A DNA stretch of 41,610 nucleotides. Origin: a virus. Below the pieces are notes generated by a model. It worked only from the letters and a program-made list of their open reading frames with translations, was not told where the DNA came from and did not search any database. The translations under genes were made by a program, and so were the position numbers. The stretch lies in UHGV virus genome UHGV-0425465. One strand, 5' to 3'. Positions 9,965 through 19,844 of this stretch are shown one piece after another (position 1 is the first letter of the stretch; the number at the start of each line of letters is the position of its first letter).

Positions 9965-10521
9965 TTGGGCGGCTGCCAACATCCATCATGGTGGCAGGAA
10001 CCGAGCGGAAGGTCCGTCCTGATTTCCGCGATGTCCTGGTAATAATGCAGGCCTTTAATGACCCGGAACTGTATCCAAGCGAAAAGTATGATGTAATGCT
10101 GACTGTACTGTATGAGGAACCGGATGGAATACCTCCTGAGGCAATCCCTGAGGCAATTGAAAAGGCCCTATGGTTCCTTGATTGTGGCCAGCAGGAGACA
10201 GACAACCCATCACGGGTGAAGGTGATGGATTGGGAACAGGACGAAACCCTGGTATTCCCTGCTGTCAACAAGGTGGCTGGACAGGAAGTCAGAAACACCG
10301 AGTACATGCATTGGTGGACCTTCATGGGATATTTCATGGAGATTGACGATGGTACATTTTCGACTGTTGTCGGTATCCGGCAGAAGAAAGCCAAAGGCAG
10401 GAAGCTGGAAAAATGGGAGCAGGAGTTTTATAGGAACAACCGGAAACTCTGCGACCTCAGGAAAAGGTATACCGAAGAGGAACAGGCGGAGATTGATTAT
10501 TGGAATAAGCTATTGGGCTAA
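9961..10521 (+). CDS. Phage Gp15-family protein (second tail chaperone, gpT-like)
   Basis: 186 aa between chaperone and tape measure; overlaps previous stop. Confidence 0.6.
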   Translation: MIGRLPTSIMVAGTERKVRPDFRDVLVIMQAFNDPELYPSEKYDVMLTVLYEEPDGIPPEAIPEAIEKALWFLDCGQQETDNPSRVKVMDWEQDETLVFPAVNKVAGQEVRNTEYMHWWTFMGYFMEIDDGTFSTVVGIRQKKAKGRKLEKWEQEFYRNNRKLCDLRKRYTEEEQAEIDYWNKLLG

Positions 10522-10569
10522 GACGCAGGACAGGCGTCTTATTTTTATGCCCTGGAATGAGGTGAAGAT

Positions 10570-13356
10570 ATGGCAGCGGACGGAAGCTTGATATTCGACA
10601 CAAAAGTGGATACGACCGGATTCGAAAAAGGAAATGATAGTCTTCTGAAAGCAGCAGAAAGACTTACTGCGGCAATTGAAAACCTGTCCACCAGGATGGA
10701 CCATTCGTTCTCTTCCTCCGGGGCCTCCGCTGCGTCAATGGCCCGGGAGGTGGACAATGTTTCAGAGTCCACCAGGAAAGCAAGGGAGGAAATGGAGCGC
10801 CTGGGGAAGGAAAAGGCGGCAACCTTTTCCGGTACCATTACAAATAACAATGAGACACCGTCAGCCATCCCGGATGATGGGAAACGGTATGACATCTATG
10901 GGAATGATGTTGATGCCATCATAGCTAAAAACCGTGAACTGGAAGCAGCCGCCAGACAGACGTCCGCAACCGTAACTGCCGAGGCGCAAAAAGAAGGAAG
11001 GGCAGTAGTCGGATTAAGGGATTCCATAGTACTTGCCGTTGAGTCGTTTAAACATTTCCCGGGTAATATAGTATCGCTTTTCCAGAGGGTTGGCGCGGCA
11101 ATGGAAGGGACGCAGGGGAAGGCAAGGACGTTCCAGGATGAAATAGACCGCTATCAGGACGCGCTGTACAATGCAGAGCGGAAAGGGCTTGGATTAGGAA
11201 ATGCGGAATATGACGAAGCATACAAGGGGCTCACACTTGCCAAGGCTGCTGCAGAGAAGTATAAAAAATCCTTAGTAGGTGTGGACAGCATCCAGAAGAA
11301 GGCAGGCAGTTCGGCCGATAAGATGGGTGGTTCCATAAAACGGGTTAAAAAAGAAACGATACCGTTGACTAAAAGCATACTGAAGCTTTCCAACATGTTT
11401 AAGTTAATGCTTGTGCGTATGGGCATGAGGGCGGTAATAAAAGCAGCGCAGGAGGGCTTTAGCAATCTGGCCAGGTATTCGGACGGGACGAATAAAAGCA
11501 TTTCCATGCTGATGTCTGCGAATACCCGGCTTAAGAACAGCTTTGCCACAGCGTTTGCTCCGGTTTTACATACAGCGGCACCAGCATTAAAACAGATGAT
11601 TGACCTGCTTTCTGCCGCAGCAACCTATGCGGGCCAGTTCATCGCGGCACTGACAGGCAGGAGTACGTTCGTGAAAGCAGTGGATGTTGAAGAGGATTAT
11701 GCGGCTTCACTTAAGGAAACAAATGAGGAACTGAAAGAAAAGGAAAAGGAGACCAGGAAGCTTGCCTTCGCATTCGATGACCTGATTCAGGCTCAGGGTG
11801 GGAGTGATTCCGATACATACAAACCACCTACCCCGGACCAGATGTTTGAAACAGTTGAAATAGAAGGGAAAATCGTAAGATTTGCGGATACAGTAAAAGG
11901 CATCCTTGCAGGCCTCTTTGACCCCATGCGCCAGTCCTGGGATGAGAATGGATCCACGGTCATCGATGCCGCAGGGTACGCCCTTGACCGCCTGAATAGA
12001 CTTGGAAGTGATGTGGGAAGGACCTTCATGACTGTCTGGGAAAGAGAGGGATATGGGAAAGCAGTCACGGATGATGTGCTGGTTTCCGTATCGAACCTGC
12101 TTTACACAGTCGGGAACCTGGCGGATGGTTTTGACCGGGCATGGGAGAGCGGCGATACTGGACTGCTGATCATGCGTCATCTGGGGGACCTGCTGTTAGA
12201 GGTGACCGGGTTCTTCCGGGATGCCACGGGGGAAATCAGGATATGGTCCGGGACACTGGATTTTTCACCCTTACTCAAGTCATTTGATGGGATCCTGGTA
12301 AGTCTCAGGCCAATCGTGAGCAAGATTGGGGATATACTTTTATGGCTATTGAGGGACATCCTGCTTCCATTGGCTAAATGGGGATTGGAGAATGGTGTAC
12401 CGGCTGCTTTTGACCTGATATCCGCTGCATTGAAAGCGCTGGATTCAATACTGAATGCGTTGAGACCGCTGGCCATGTGGTTATGGGATGAATTCCTGCA
12501 GCCGTTGGCAAAATGGACAGGGGACCTGTTCCTGAAAGCAATCCAGAAAATCGTTGAATGGCTGACACAGTTCTCCGATTGGATATCAAGGCATCAGACT
12601 GATGTTGAGAACATAACGCTTGCGGTACTTGCCTTTTTTGCGGCATGGAAGTTTTCTGAATTCGTTGTAGGGATAGCAGGGCTGATAACCAGGCTGGTAG
12701 GCTTCCTGGGAATCGGGGAACGTGTCATCTCATTACTGGTCAGGACCGTGTCTAACATCAATCCCCTCATCCTTGCGGTATCCGGTATCATATCCCTGAT
12801 TGCCATCCTGGCCAGGAACTGGGGGAACATGACCCCGGAAGAAAAAGTGATTGCCGGCATATTGGCGGCCGCATCGGCAGTAGGTATCCTGGCGGTTGCA
12901 TTGGGTGCATTGGCAGGGGGAGTAGGGGCAGGTGTGGTAGCTGCTTCCCTGGCTGCAGGGATTGCGGCAGCAACAATAGCCATCAACGCAGGAAAGCGTG
13001 CTGCATCTGTAGGATATGGAGGGAGAAGTATAGGCCCCGTATCCGCATACGCAATACCTGTATCCACTTATCGTATGCCGCGCCTGGCAACAGGAACCGT
13101 GGTACCACCTCGTGCGGGTGAGTTTGCTGCAATCCTGGGCGACAATAACCGGGACACGGAGATTGTCAGCCCGGTCCCGGCCATGAAACAGGCATTCAAG
13201 GAAGCAATCGAGGAGATGGGAGGTATCGGTGGGAACCAGACACCTAAGGCGGACCTGATTGTGGATGGTACGAAGTTCGGACAGCTGGTATATAGGTTCA
13301 ACAACAAGGAAAAGCAACGCGTTGGCGTCAGGATGGTAACGGAGGGACAGGGATGA
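10570..13356 (+). CDS. Tail tape measure protein
   Basis: 928 aa; coiled-coil N-terminus; hydrophobic/Gly-Ala-rich segment near the C-terminus; follows the chaperones. Confidence 0.85.
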   Translation: MAADGSLIFDTKVDTTGFEKGNDSLLKAAERLTAAIENLSTRMDHSFSSSGASAASMAREVDNVSESTRKAREEMERLGKEKAATFSGTITNNNETPSAIPDDGKRYDIYGNDVDAIIAKNRELEAAARQTSATVTAEAQKEGRAVVGLRDSIVLAVESFKHFPGNIVSLFQRVGAAMEGTQGKARTFQDEIDRYQDALYNAERKGLGLGNAEYDEAYKGLTLAKAAAEKYKKSLVGVDSIQKKAGSSADKMGGSIKRVKKETIPLTKSILKLSNMFKLMLVRMGMRAVIKAAQEGFSNLARYSDGTNKSISMLMSANTRLKNSFATAFAPVLHTAAPALKQMIDLLSAAATYAGQFIAALTGRSTFVKAVDVEEDYAASLKETNEELKEKEKETRKLAFAFDDLIQAQGGSDSDTYKPPTPDQMFETVEIEGKIVRFADTVKGILAGLFDPMRQSWDENGSTVIDAAGYALDRLNRLGSDVGRTFMTVWEREGYGKAVTDDVLVSVSNLLYTVGNLADGFDRAWESGDTGLLIMRHLGDLLLEVTGFFRDATGEIRIWSGTLDFSPLLKSFDGILVSLRPIVSKIGDILLWLLRDILLPLAKWGLENGVPAAFDLISAALKALDSILNALRPLAMWLWDEFLQPLAKWTGDLFLKAIQKIVEWLTQFSDWISRHQTDVENITLAVLAFFAAWKFSEFVVGIAGLITRLVGFLGIGERVISLLVRTVSNINPLILAVSGIISLIAILARNWGNMTPEEKVIAGILAAASAVGILAVALGALAGGVGAGVVAASLAAGIAAATIAINAGKRAASVGYGGRSIGPVSAYAIPVSTYRMPRLATGTVVPPRAGEFAAILGDNNRDTEIVSPVPAMKQAFKEAIEEMGGIGGNQTPKADLIVDGTKFGQLVYRFNNKEKQRVGVRMVTEGQG

Positions 13357-13739
13357 AAGGGAGCATATTCTCAATTGATGGCGTGGAGCTGCGGGTGAAT
13401 GTCATGAAACTGGAAAGAGGGTTTTCTGTGACGGACACAAAAAATTCTGGACGGCTGCAGGACTTTGACATGCATCGGGAAATAGCCGGTACATTCTACA
13501 ACTATACGCTTGAAATCGAACCATATCCTGAATACAGGGAGGATTATGATACCTTTTACGACATCATTTCAGCCCCAGTGCCGTTCCACAGTATGGTATT
13601 TCCTTATGCGCAACAGACATTGGAATTTGAAGCCTATGTTACACAAGGTAAGGACACGATGAAACGAAGTAATGGGAAAAACCTGTGGGCAGGGCTGTCG
13701 GTGTATTTCGTTGCGAAGAAACCACAGAGGAGGCCATAG
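13353..13739 (+). CDS. Small tail component (hypothetical)
   Basis: 128 aa, translationally coupled to tape-measure end. Confidence 0.4.
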   Translation: MKGSIFSIDGVELRVNVMKLERGFSVTDTKNSGRLQDFDMHREIAGTFYNYTLEIEPYPEYREDYDTFYDIISAPVPFHSMVFPYAQQTLEFEAYVTQGKDTMKRSNGKNLWAGLSVYFVAKKPQRRP

Positions 13740-15534
13740 AATGTTCCTGAAACAGACAATCCTATCAGATGCTCCGCAGAACATGGAGGGACTGAAAATC
13801 GTATATGATGACGTGGCGCCATATGCAAAGGAGCACAGCAGCGTCCAGGTGATTGCCCCAGGGCTACGGCCCCATAAAGGACTATACCCAAGGGAAGGGC
13901 TGTACCCGGGAAGGACCAGGATAAGACAGGAGTTCCCAGACCTGAAGCGGGATGACCTGAAATATCCGGGGTACGCACTGTGCCTTCCGAGGTTTGCATT
14001 GCTGGATGGAAAATACATCAACTTTCCGGATGATGCAGCGGACTACGGCTACATATCGGATGGGATATCAGGGGAAGACTGCCAGCTTGCAAGGTCGGTC
14101 CACTCCACGGGACTCCGGCCTCACGTTGGCATGCATCCCAGTGTGTTCCTATTCCCGCAGCCCAGTGTGGATGAGACAGTAAGCAGTCCGGAACTTACCA
14201 TCCTGTTCAGCCAAAAATTCACAAGTGTAGGCGTGCTGTTGACGTTCAACATGATGTCCGGGGATTATCCCACGCGTTTAAGGATCAGGTGGTATTCAGA
14301 TGGGGAATTGTTATCCGATATGGAATTCCATCCTGATTCCGTGCGCTATTTCTGTAATAACTATGTGCGCCTGTATGATAAGATAGCGATAACGTTTTAT
14401 GAGACATCACGGCCATGGAGGCCGGTATTCATCACCCGGATTGATTATGGGATTTACAGGGATTTTTTCGCGGACGAGATCCTGGAGTCTTCCTGCCTGC
14501 AGGAGGTCAATGCAATCAGTGAGAACATCAGCATCAACACGCTGGATTTTACTGTCCGTACTGAAACGGACATCCCATTTGATTTCCAGAAGAAGCAGAA
14601 GCTGGCACTGTATTTCAATGGACAGCGTATCGGGAACTTTTATTTAAGGAATGGGGCAAGAAAGAACCGGACAGATTACCATATGGACAGCCACGATGCG
14701 GTTGGGATACTGGATGGGAATGAGTTTGCCGGGGGAGTGTATACGGGACAGCGGGCCGGTGATGTGGTTGATGCAATTTTCGAAGGGGAGGATTTCAATT
14801 ACCTGTTGGATGAATCCCTTTCAGATATCCAGTTGACTGGATACATACCTTATACAACGAAACGTAATGCACTTGTGCAGATTGCGTTTGCCATAGGAGC
14901 CGTGGTTGACACAAGTAATTACGATGGGGTATTGATTTATCCACAACAGACAGAGGTGACTGGTGAATTCATGCCATCCGATACATTTGATGGCGTGACA
15001 CTGGAACACAATGACGTGGTGACAGGAATCCGGCTGGCCGTGCATACATACCAGCAGTCAGAAGAGGCAGAGGAACTATATAATGATACGCTTTCCGGTA
15101 CTGCCGAGGTGATATTCCCTGAACCACATCATGGCCTGGCAATCACAGGGGGGACAATCATGCGGAGCGGGGACAATCATGCGGTGATCAATGGGACTGG
15201 GGGTACGGTAGTGATGACTGGTAAAAAGTACACACATCTGACAACTTCCCTCCTGAAAGAGAATCCTGCCATCGTGTTCAATAAAAATGTCAGGGAAGTA
15301 TCAGAGGCCACACTTGTACATCCAGGGAATGCTGCCGAAGTTCTTGACCGGGTATACGGATACTACCAGCGCGCTGAAAATGTGGCTGGTGATGTGCTGC
15401 TGGCGGATAAGGTCCTTGGACAGATGGTGGCGGTTGATACTGGATATGACGGAAGGCGGAATGGGACATTGGAAAGCATAAACTATCAGTTCGGCCTGCG
15501 CGAGATAAGGGCGGAGGTAACGATACATGAGTAA
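13740..15534 (+). CDS. Distal tail / baseplate protein (phage tail family protein)
   Basis: About 598 aa from ATG 13740 (RBS GGAGGCCATAGA ATG); position after tape measure. Confidence 0.55.
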
Positions 15535-15967
15535 ATACGTGGATGCATTGATATTTGACCGTGTGGCGGCTGATGTGCAGCAGATGACGGACAAGGCATA
15601 TATAGATTATCGGGACCTGAACCGGATAGAGTCCGCAATCAAATGGGTATCATATGTCCTTAACCGGTATGGGTATCCCAATAAGACAGAAAACAAACTG
15701 GATTGGAGGCCGGAGGACCGGCGTACGGAAACCGAGATGGGACGGTTGAGGAATAACCTGTCTGCCATCCGGGCAGCCTATTACACGCCGCCCAGTACCC
15801 CGCAGACTCCGGAGAAAATCACATACACGTCCATCTACCAGGCCAATTTCATTGAAAAAATCATATATGACTTGGGAACATTGATTGAGTCATCCTTTCC
15901 AGGACCGCGCCGGTTCGGTTTCCATCTGGGAAGGAGGATATTGGGAAACAGGAGTATAGGGATATGA
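15527..15967 (+). CDS. Hypothetical tail protein
   Basis: 146 aa, overlapping coupling with neighbours. Confidence 0.4.
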   Translation: MSKYVDALIFDRVAADVQQMTDKAYIDYRDLNRIESAIKWVSYVLNRYGYPNKTENKLDWRPEDRRTETEMGRLRNNLSAIRAAYYTPPSTPQTPEKITYTSIYQANFIEKIIYDLGTLIESSFPGPRRFGFHLGRRILGNRSIGI

Positions 15968-16434
15968 GCTTAAAAACGAATTATAAGGATGATAAGTTTG
16001 CAGGCAAGCGTCTGTATAAGATTACTTCCCAGGATGATGGGATTGTCACCCTGGACGATGTGACGCATTATGCGGAAACGGGGGACATATTCTCCGCCCA
16101 GGACATGAACGATACTAATGAGGCTGTCAACCGGATTGACGAGGATGTAGGAATCTTAAAAGGGGAAGTTAAGGTCAACATCCCTGTCTCAGGGTGGAAT
16201 GCCAGTGCACCTTATGTACAGACAATATCCATCCCTGGGATGAGGGGGACATATTCCCCCACACCGGGGATGCTGTATCCGGATGCCATGACAGAGGAAC
16301 AGAAGACACAGATAGATAAGAGTTCGAACATGATAACCAAGCTGGAGACCATTGATGGAGGAATCAGGGTGACCTGTAAATTCAGGAAACCTACTGCAGA
16401 CATGATAATATCACTGAAAGGAGCAAAGTCATGA
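15964..16434 (+). CDS. Hypothetical tail protein
   Basis: 156 aa, in tail operon. Confidence 0.4.
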   Translation: MSLKTNYKDDKFAGKRLYKITSQDDGIVTLDDVTHYAETGDIFSAQDMNDTNEAVNRIDEDVGILKGEVKVNIPVSGWNASAPYVQTISIPGMRGTYSPTPGMLYPDAMTEEQKTQIDKSSNMITKLETIDGGIRVTCKFRKPTADMIISLKGAKS

Positions 16435-16850
16435 ACCTATCATTACCTTTCCGGGGGCAGTCAGTGGATATAAATGGGCTGACTGCGGTACCATCAGATG
16501 TGCGTAAGAACAAGCGTTATATCGGTAACGGCAGCGATGATGAGAAGCTTGGCGCGATGGAACCAATCGCGCCTGTTGAATATGACCTCCCGCTTAACGG
16601 GACATATGACATACCTCCAGGGGAACATATGGGAGGTGATGTGGTACGGCAGGGCATTGCTTCCAGGCCTGGTGAGTATGTCACCCCGGGATCTGGTCAG
16701 ATTGTTGTTGAATGCGCTGGGAAATATATGACGGGTGACATCATCATCCTGGCGGTAGAAAACCTTACCAGTGACAACATAAAATATGGGGTTGTGGTGG
16801 GCGAAGGGGAAGGAGCTGTCACCGGGACATGCCAGGGATTTTTCGATTAA
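16431..16850 (+). CDS. Tail fibre/baseplate-associated protein, short paralog
   Basis: 139 aa; shares a roughly 95-aa homologous domain (…QIVVECAGKYMTGDIIILAVENLTSDNIKYG…) with the next gene. Confidence 0.45.
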   Translation: MNLSLPFRGQSVDINGLTAVPSDVRKNKRYIGNGSDDEKLGAMEPIAPVEYDLPLNGTYDIPPGEHMGGDVVRQGIASRPGEYVTPGSGQIVVECAGKYMTGDIIILAVENLTSDNIKYGVVVGEGEGAVTGTCQGFFD

Positions 16851-16864
16851 TCAGGAGGATCATA

Positions 16865-17767
16865 ATGTCAATCTTATCGTTAAGGAAAAATGGTGGAGGT
16901 GTAGATACGGACCGGCTTACAGCATTACCTGAGGATGTCACGGAAGGTAAGATATTTCTTGGGGCCGGAAGTGATGGCCGGCAGGTAGGTACCATGCCGG
17001 ACCATGGAAGTCCCAAACTGACATTGCCTGTGAATGGGAAACTGGAACTTCCAGCCGGGAAATACAGTGGGGGCCAGGTTACTCAGGCCATAGAAATGAT
17101 GGATGCACAAAGCGTAGGGCCTGGTGCGAAACAGATTGTGATACATACTGCTGGGAAATATATGACAGGGAACATAACCGTAAGGCCAGTCAGGAACCTT
17201 ACCATATCGAACATAAGGAAAAATGCTTATGTCGGTGGTGTAGGGCCTGGGATATGGGAAGGGTATGTTAATGATGACCCACTAACCCCATACCTATATG
17301 GTACATTTTATGGTTCACAGGGCATCACATACATGCGGTATACGACATACCGGCAGGGGACCGGAAAGGTATCCCTTGCACGTGACCATATAGCGGCCAG
17401 TGCAGGGAGCGGACAGACAGTGGCGTTCGTCTTTGACCTTCCCATACGGTTGGACGGTGTGGAATCGCTTTCGGTTGAGATGTCAGGTACAGGGAAGACG
17501 GCAAAGGTCATGGTGTGCCGCAACCGGGTGGAGAACTACATAGAAGAGGCAACCGTGTCAGGATCCACAATAAAGTACAGTTATAATAAGGCGCTGGGAG
17601 ATATCCTCCTTGATGGCTCCATCGGAAGGAGCAGCGCTGAAGGGAATGAGTGGCAGCAGCAGAAAACGTTCGGACTCAGCGGATTGACCGGGAATGCTTA
17701 TTTATACATCGGTTCCTCATCAGCTGTATTTGATTTCAATCTATACTTTGCAAAATTCAACACATAA
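16865..17767 (+). CDS. Tail fibre/baseplate-associated protein, long paralog
   Basis: About 300 aa from ATG 16865 (RBS CAGGAGGATCATA); N-terminal domain paralogous to 16431..16850 (…QIVIHTAGKYMTGNITVRPVRNLTISNIRKN…). Confidence 0.45.
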   Translation: MSILSLRKNGGGVDTDRLTALPEDVTEGKIFLGAGSDGRQVGTMPDHGSPKLTLPVNGKLELPAGKYSGGQVTQAIEMMDAQSVGPGAKQIVIHTAGKYMTGNITVRPVRNLTISNIRKNAYVGGVGPGIWEGYVNDDPLTPYLYGTFYGSQGITYMRYTTYRQGTGKVSLARDHIAASAGSGQTVAFVFDLPIRLDGVESLSVEMSGTGKTAKVMVCRNRVENYIEEATVSGSTIKYSYNKALGDILLDGSIGRSSAEGNEWQQQKTFGLSGLTGNAYLYIGSSSAVFDFNLYFAKFNT

Positions 17768-17777
17768 GGAGGAAGAC

Positions 17778-18377
17778 ATGTCATTAGTAAGTGAATTAAA
17801 GACCATAGCAGATTATAATCCTACAGCCTATGTGAATAATTCGGAACCGGATTTAGATGCGGAACACCTAAACAAAACAGAACAGGCTTTAAAGCGGGTG
17901 ACGGATGCGGCAAATGATGCGATAAACGCACTGAAAGAACTGGAGGAGCAAAAGTTATCCTTAAATGCCATCGTGCAGACGGAGTCCACGGCCACGGATA
18001 AGGTACCGTCCAGTGCATATCTTAAGCAGGCACTTGGTACCATAAATAGCAATTTAGAGTCCAAGGCCAATGCTGATACAGTGTCTGGATTATCCGCAGA
18101 CCTGAACAATGTCAAGGAATCTCTTAGTCCACTCAAAACAAGCCTTGTGGGAGACATTAACAACAATACCGTGGGAGTTGTTAACATAGTTGCATGGGAT
18201 TCTAATACCACCAGTACACCAAAGTCCACAGGAAACACTGCGTACGGCAATGGATTCTGCCTTACGTACAGCCTTGGTGATCAGTGGCTATGCCAATTGG
18301 CAATGGCGGTTGGCGACCCTAACCTATATACCAGATATAGGCGTGATGGCGTTTGGAGTGGCTGGACAACGAAATGA
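17778..18377 (+). CDS. Tail fibre protein (constant N-terminus + C-terminal tip domain, variant A)
   Basis: 199 aa; coiled-coil N-terminus; C-terminal …RDGVWSGWTTK knob-like end; RBS AAGGAGGAAGAC. Confidence 0.6.
   Translation: MSLVSELKTIADYNPTAYVNNSEPDLDAEHLNKTEQALKRVTDAANDAINALKELEEQKLSLNAIVQTESTATDKVPSSAYLKQALGTINSNLESKANADTVSGLSADLNNVKESLSPLKTSLVGDINNNTVGVVNIVAWDSNTTSTPKSTGNTAYGNGFCLTYSLGDQWLCQLAMAVGDPNLYTRYRRDGVWSGWTTK
18044..18057. repeat. Inverted repeat, left copy (AAATAGCAATTTAG) inside the fibre gene; putative inversion crossover site
   Basis: Perfect 14-bp match to the reverse complement of 18834..18847; encodes N-S-N-L in the same codon phase in both ORFs. Confidence 0.6.
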
Positions 18378-18381
18378 TTAT

Positions 18382-18867
18382 TTAAAATTGCGAGTCAGTG
18401 TTAATATGTGCTAACTTAGCATTAGTTTTATTATCATATATCACCAGATATTTTTTATTAGACTCCAAAGACAATCTGTATGGAATATCAGCGTTTGTGA
18501 TAACCTTATCGTTATCCAGATATGCCGTCCCATTATTGTGGATACCAAGGGTATGTGTTTTATCAGGGGACCGTAAAGATGTTTTATTTGTGGACTTGAC
18601 TATATTCTGTACCCAATCAGACCAAATATTGCTGGTTCTGATTCTAACAAATTCATCACCATTGCTTGTGTTAATTGCTGTTATGGTGGCAGTGGAGTCA
18701 TTCATAACGATTGCCTCAAAGGTTCCATAAGACGAAGGGGTTCCGGTTGCGCCGGAACTATAGTATCCAGCATATTTACCAACTGGTAGTGCACCAATGA
18801 TATCAGTTATATTGCCGGACGTTATTTTCATCCCTAAATTGCTATTTTGAATATGAATGAAACCCAC
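18382..18867 (-). CDS. Alternative tail-fibre C-terminal cassette (variant B), probably expressed only after DNA inversion
   Basis: 161 aa minus-strand ORF convergent with the fibre gene. Ends …SNIWSDWVQN (same WS.W knob-like motif). No convincing RBS. Contains the in-frame NSNL-coding 14-bp repeat. Confidence 0.5.
   Translation of the reverse strand: MGFIHIQNSNLGMKITSGNITDIIGALPVGKYAGYYSSGATGTPSSYGTFEAIVMNDSTATITAINTSNGDEFVRIRTSNIWSDWVQNIVKSTNKTSLRSPDKTHTLGIHNNGTAYLDNDKVITNADIPYRLSLESNKKYLVIYDNKTNAKLAHINTDSQF
18834..18847. repeat. Inverted repeat, right copy (CTAAATTGCTATTT) inside the minus-strand cassette
   Basis: Reverse complement of 18044..18057. Confidence 0.6.
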
Positions 18868-18933
18868 AAACCAGGTCCCTAAATGGGGCTTATTTTATTG
18901 CCCGGCAGGCCGCCGGGCGGAAAGGAAAAATCT

Positions 18934-19344
18934 ATGAATGAAAAAATCAGATTAAAAAACGGTAAGGAGTATCCACTGGTTATCGGAGGTACTTCCTCCA
19001 CTCCCACCACTCTGCGGCTTATCTTCCAAACGGCGGAGCCGCTGGAGGACATCGTGGCCGTGTTTACGGATGCGGCAGCCACGGAGCAGATTAAGACTGT
19101 CAACGAGGATGGCAGCACATTGCTGATGTACGATGGCTATACGGTACTGAATGACCCAAAGAGTATTGATGACTACTACCTTATCACACCGGAGCAGTAC
19201 GGGGAGGATGGAACCGTCACCGCCGAGGCCGTATATGGCCGTGTGGCGCTCCTGACGCTCTCACAGCCGGACGTAAAGGCTGCGGTGGAAAAGAATACGG
19301 CTGACATTGATTACGTGGCTATAATGGCCGGTATTGATTTATAG
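18934..19344 (+). CDS. Hypothetical protein (tail/lysis junction)
   Basis: 137 aa from ATG 18934. Confidence 0.4.
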   Translation: MNEKIRLKNGKEYPLVIGGTSSTPTTLRLIFQTAEPLEDIVAVFTDAAATEQIKTVNEDGSTLLMYDGYTVLNDPKSIDDYYLITPEQYGEDGTVTAEAVYGRVALLTLSQPDVKAAVEKNTADIDYVAIMAGIDL

Positions 19345-19355
19345 GAGGTGTGACT

Positions 19356-19490
19356 ATGGATGTAAAAGGACTGGCGCAGAAGTATTACCCAAGATTATGG
19401 GACATTGACCGGCTTAAGGCCCTGGTGGCCGCGGGTAAACTGTCCGAGGCGGATTACAAGGAGATTACCGGAGAGGACTACACAAAGTAA
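19356..19490 (+). CDS. XkdX-family small phage protein
   Basis: 44 aa, MDVKGLAQKYYPRLWDIDRLKALVAAGKLSEADYKEITGEDYTK; RBS TAGGAGGTGTGAC; classic position between fibres and holin. Confidence 0.65.
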   Translation: MDVKGLAQKYYPRLWDIDRLKALVAAGKLSEADYKEITGEDYTK

Positions 19491-19499
19491 GGAGACATC

Positions 19500-19841
19500 A
19501 TGGGTGTGATAGCACAATACATAAGTGTTCACTGGGTGGAGTGGCTGTTTGTAGCCATTTCCACCCTTTTAGGATTTGGGTACCGGCAGATACTCAAAAG
19601 GCAAAAGGAGGAGTCCGTAAAGACGGGGGCCCTCCATGACGGCATGCAGGCTCTTTTAAGGGACCGTATCATACAGACCTATAATCATTATCAGGATAAG
19701 GGATTCTGCCCGATATATGGCAAAGAGAATGTTAAGCGGATGTATGATGCATATCATGTCCTGGGCGGCAATGATGTGGCAACAGAGCTTAAGGACAAGC
19801 TTATGAAGATGCCGGAGGAACTGGCGGAAAGAGAGGAATAG
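19500..19841 (+). CDS. Membrane protein with one N-terminal TM segment (holin-associated / lysis regulator, putative)
   Basis: 113 aa; hydrophobic VEWLFVAISTLLGFGY then charged tail; RBS AAGGAGAC. Confidence 0.45.
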   Translation: MGVIAQYISVHWVEWLFVAISTLLGFGYRQILKRQKEESVKTGALHDGMQALLRDRIIQTYNHYQDKGFCPIYGKENVKRMYDAYHVLGGNDVATELKDKLMKMPEELAEREE

Positions 19842-19844
19842 AGT

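Noticed and set aside
10570-13356. Lysozyme or peptidase domain within the tape measure protein
   Set aside because: No recognisable catalytic motifs; the sequence is coiled-coil plus a Gly/Ala-rich hydrophobic stretch, typical of a plain tape measure.
12733-13374. 213-aa minus-strand ORF (Cys/Tyr-rich) inside the tape measure gene
   Set aside because: Antisense shadow ORF of the tape measure gene; odd composition and no RBS.
17778-18867. Diversity-generating retroelement acting on the fibre tip
   Set aside because: No reverse transcriptase gene and no template/variable repeat pair with adenine-specific mismatches; the inverted in-frame repeat fits site-specific inversion instead.
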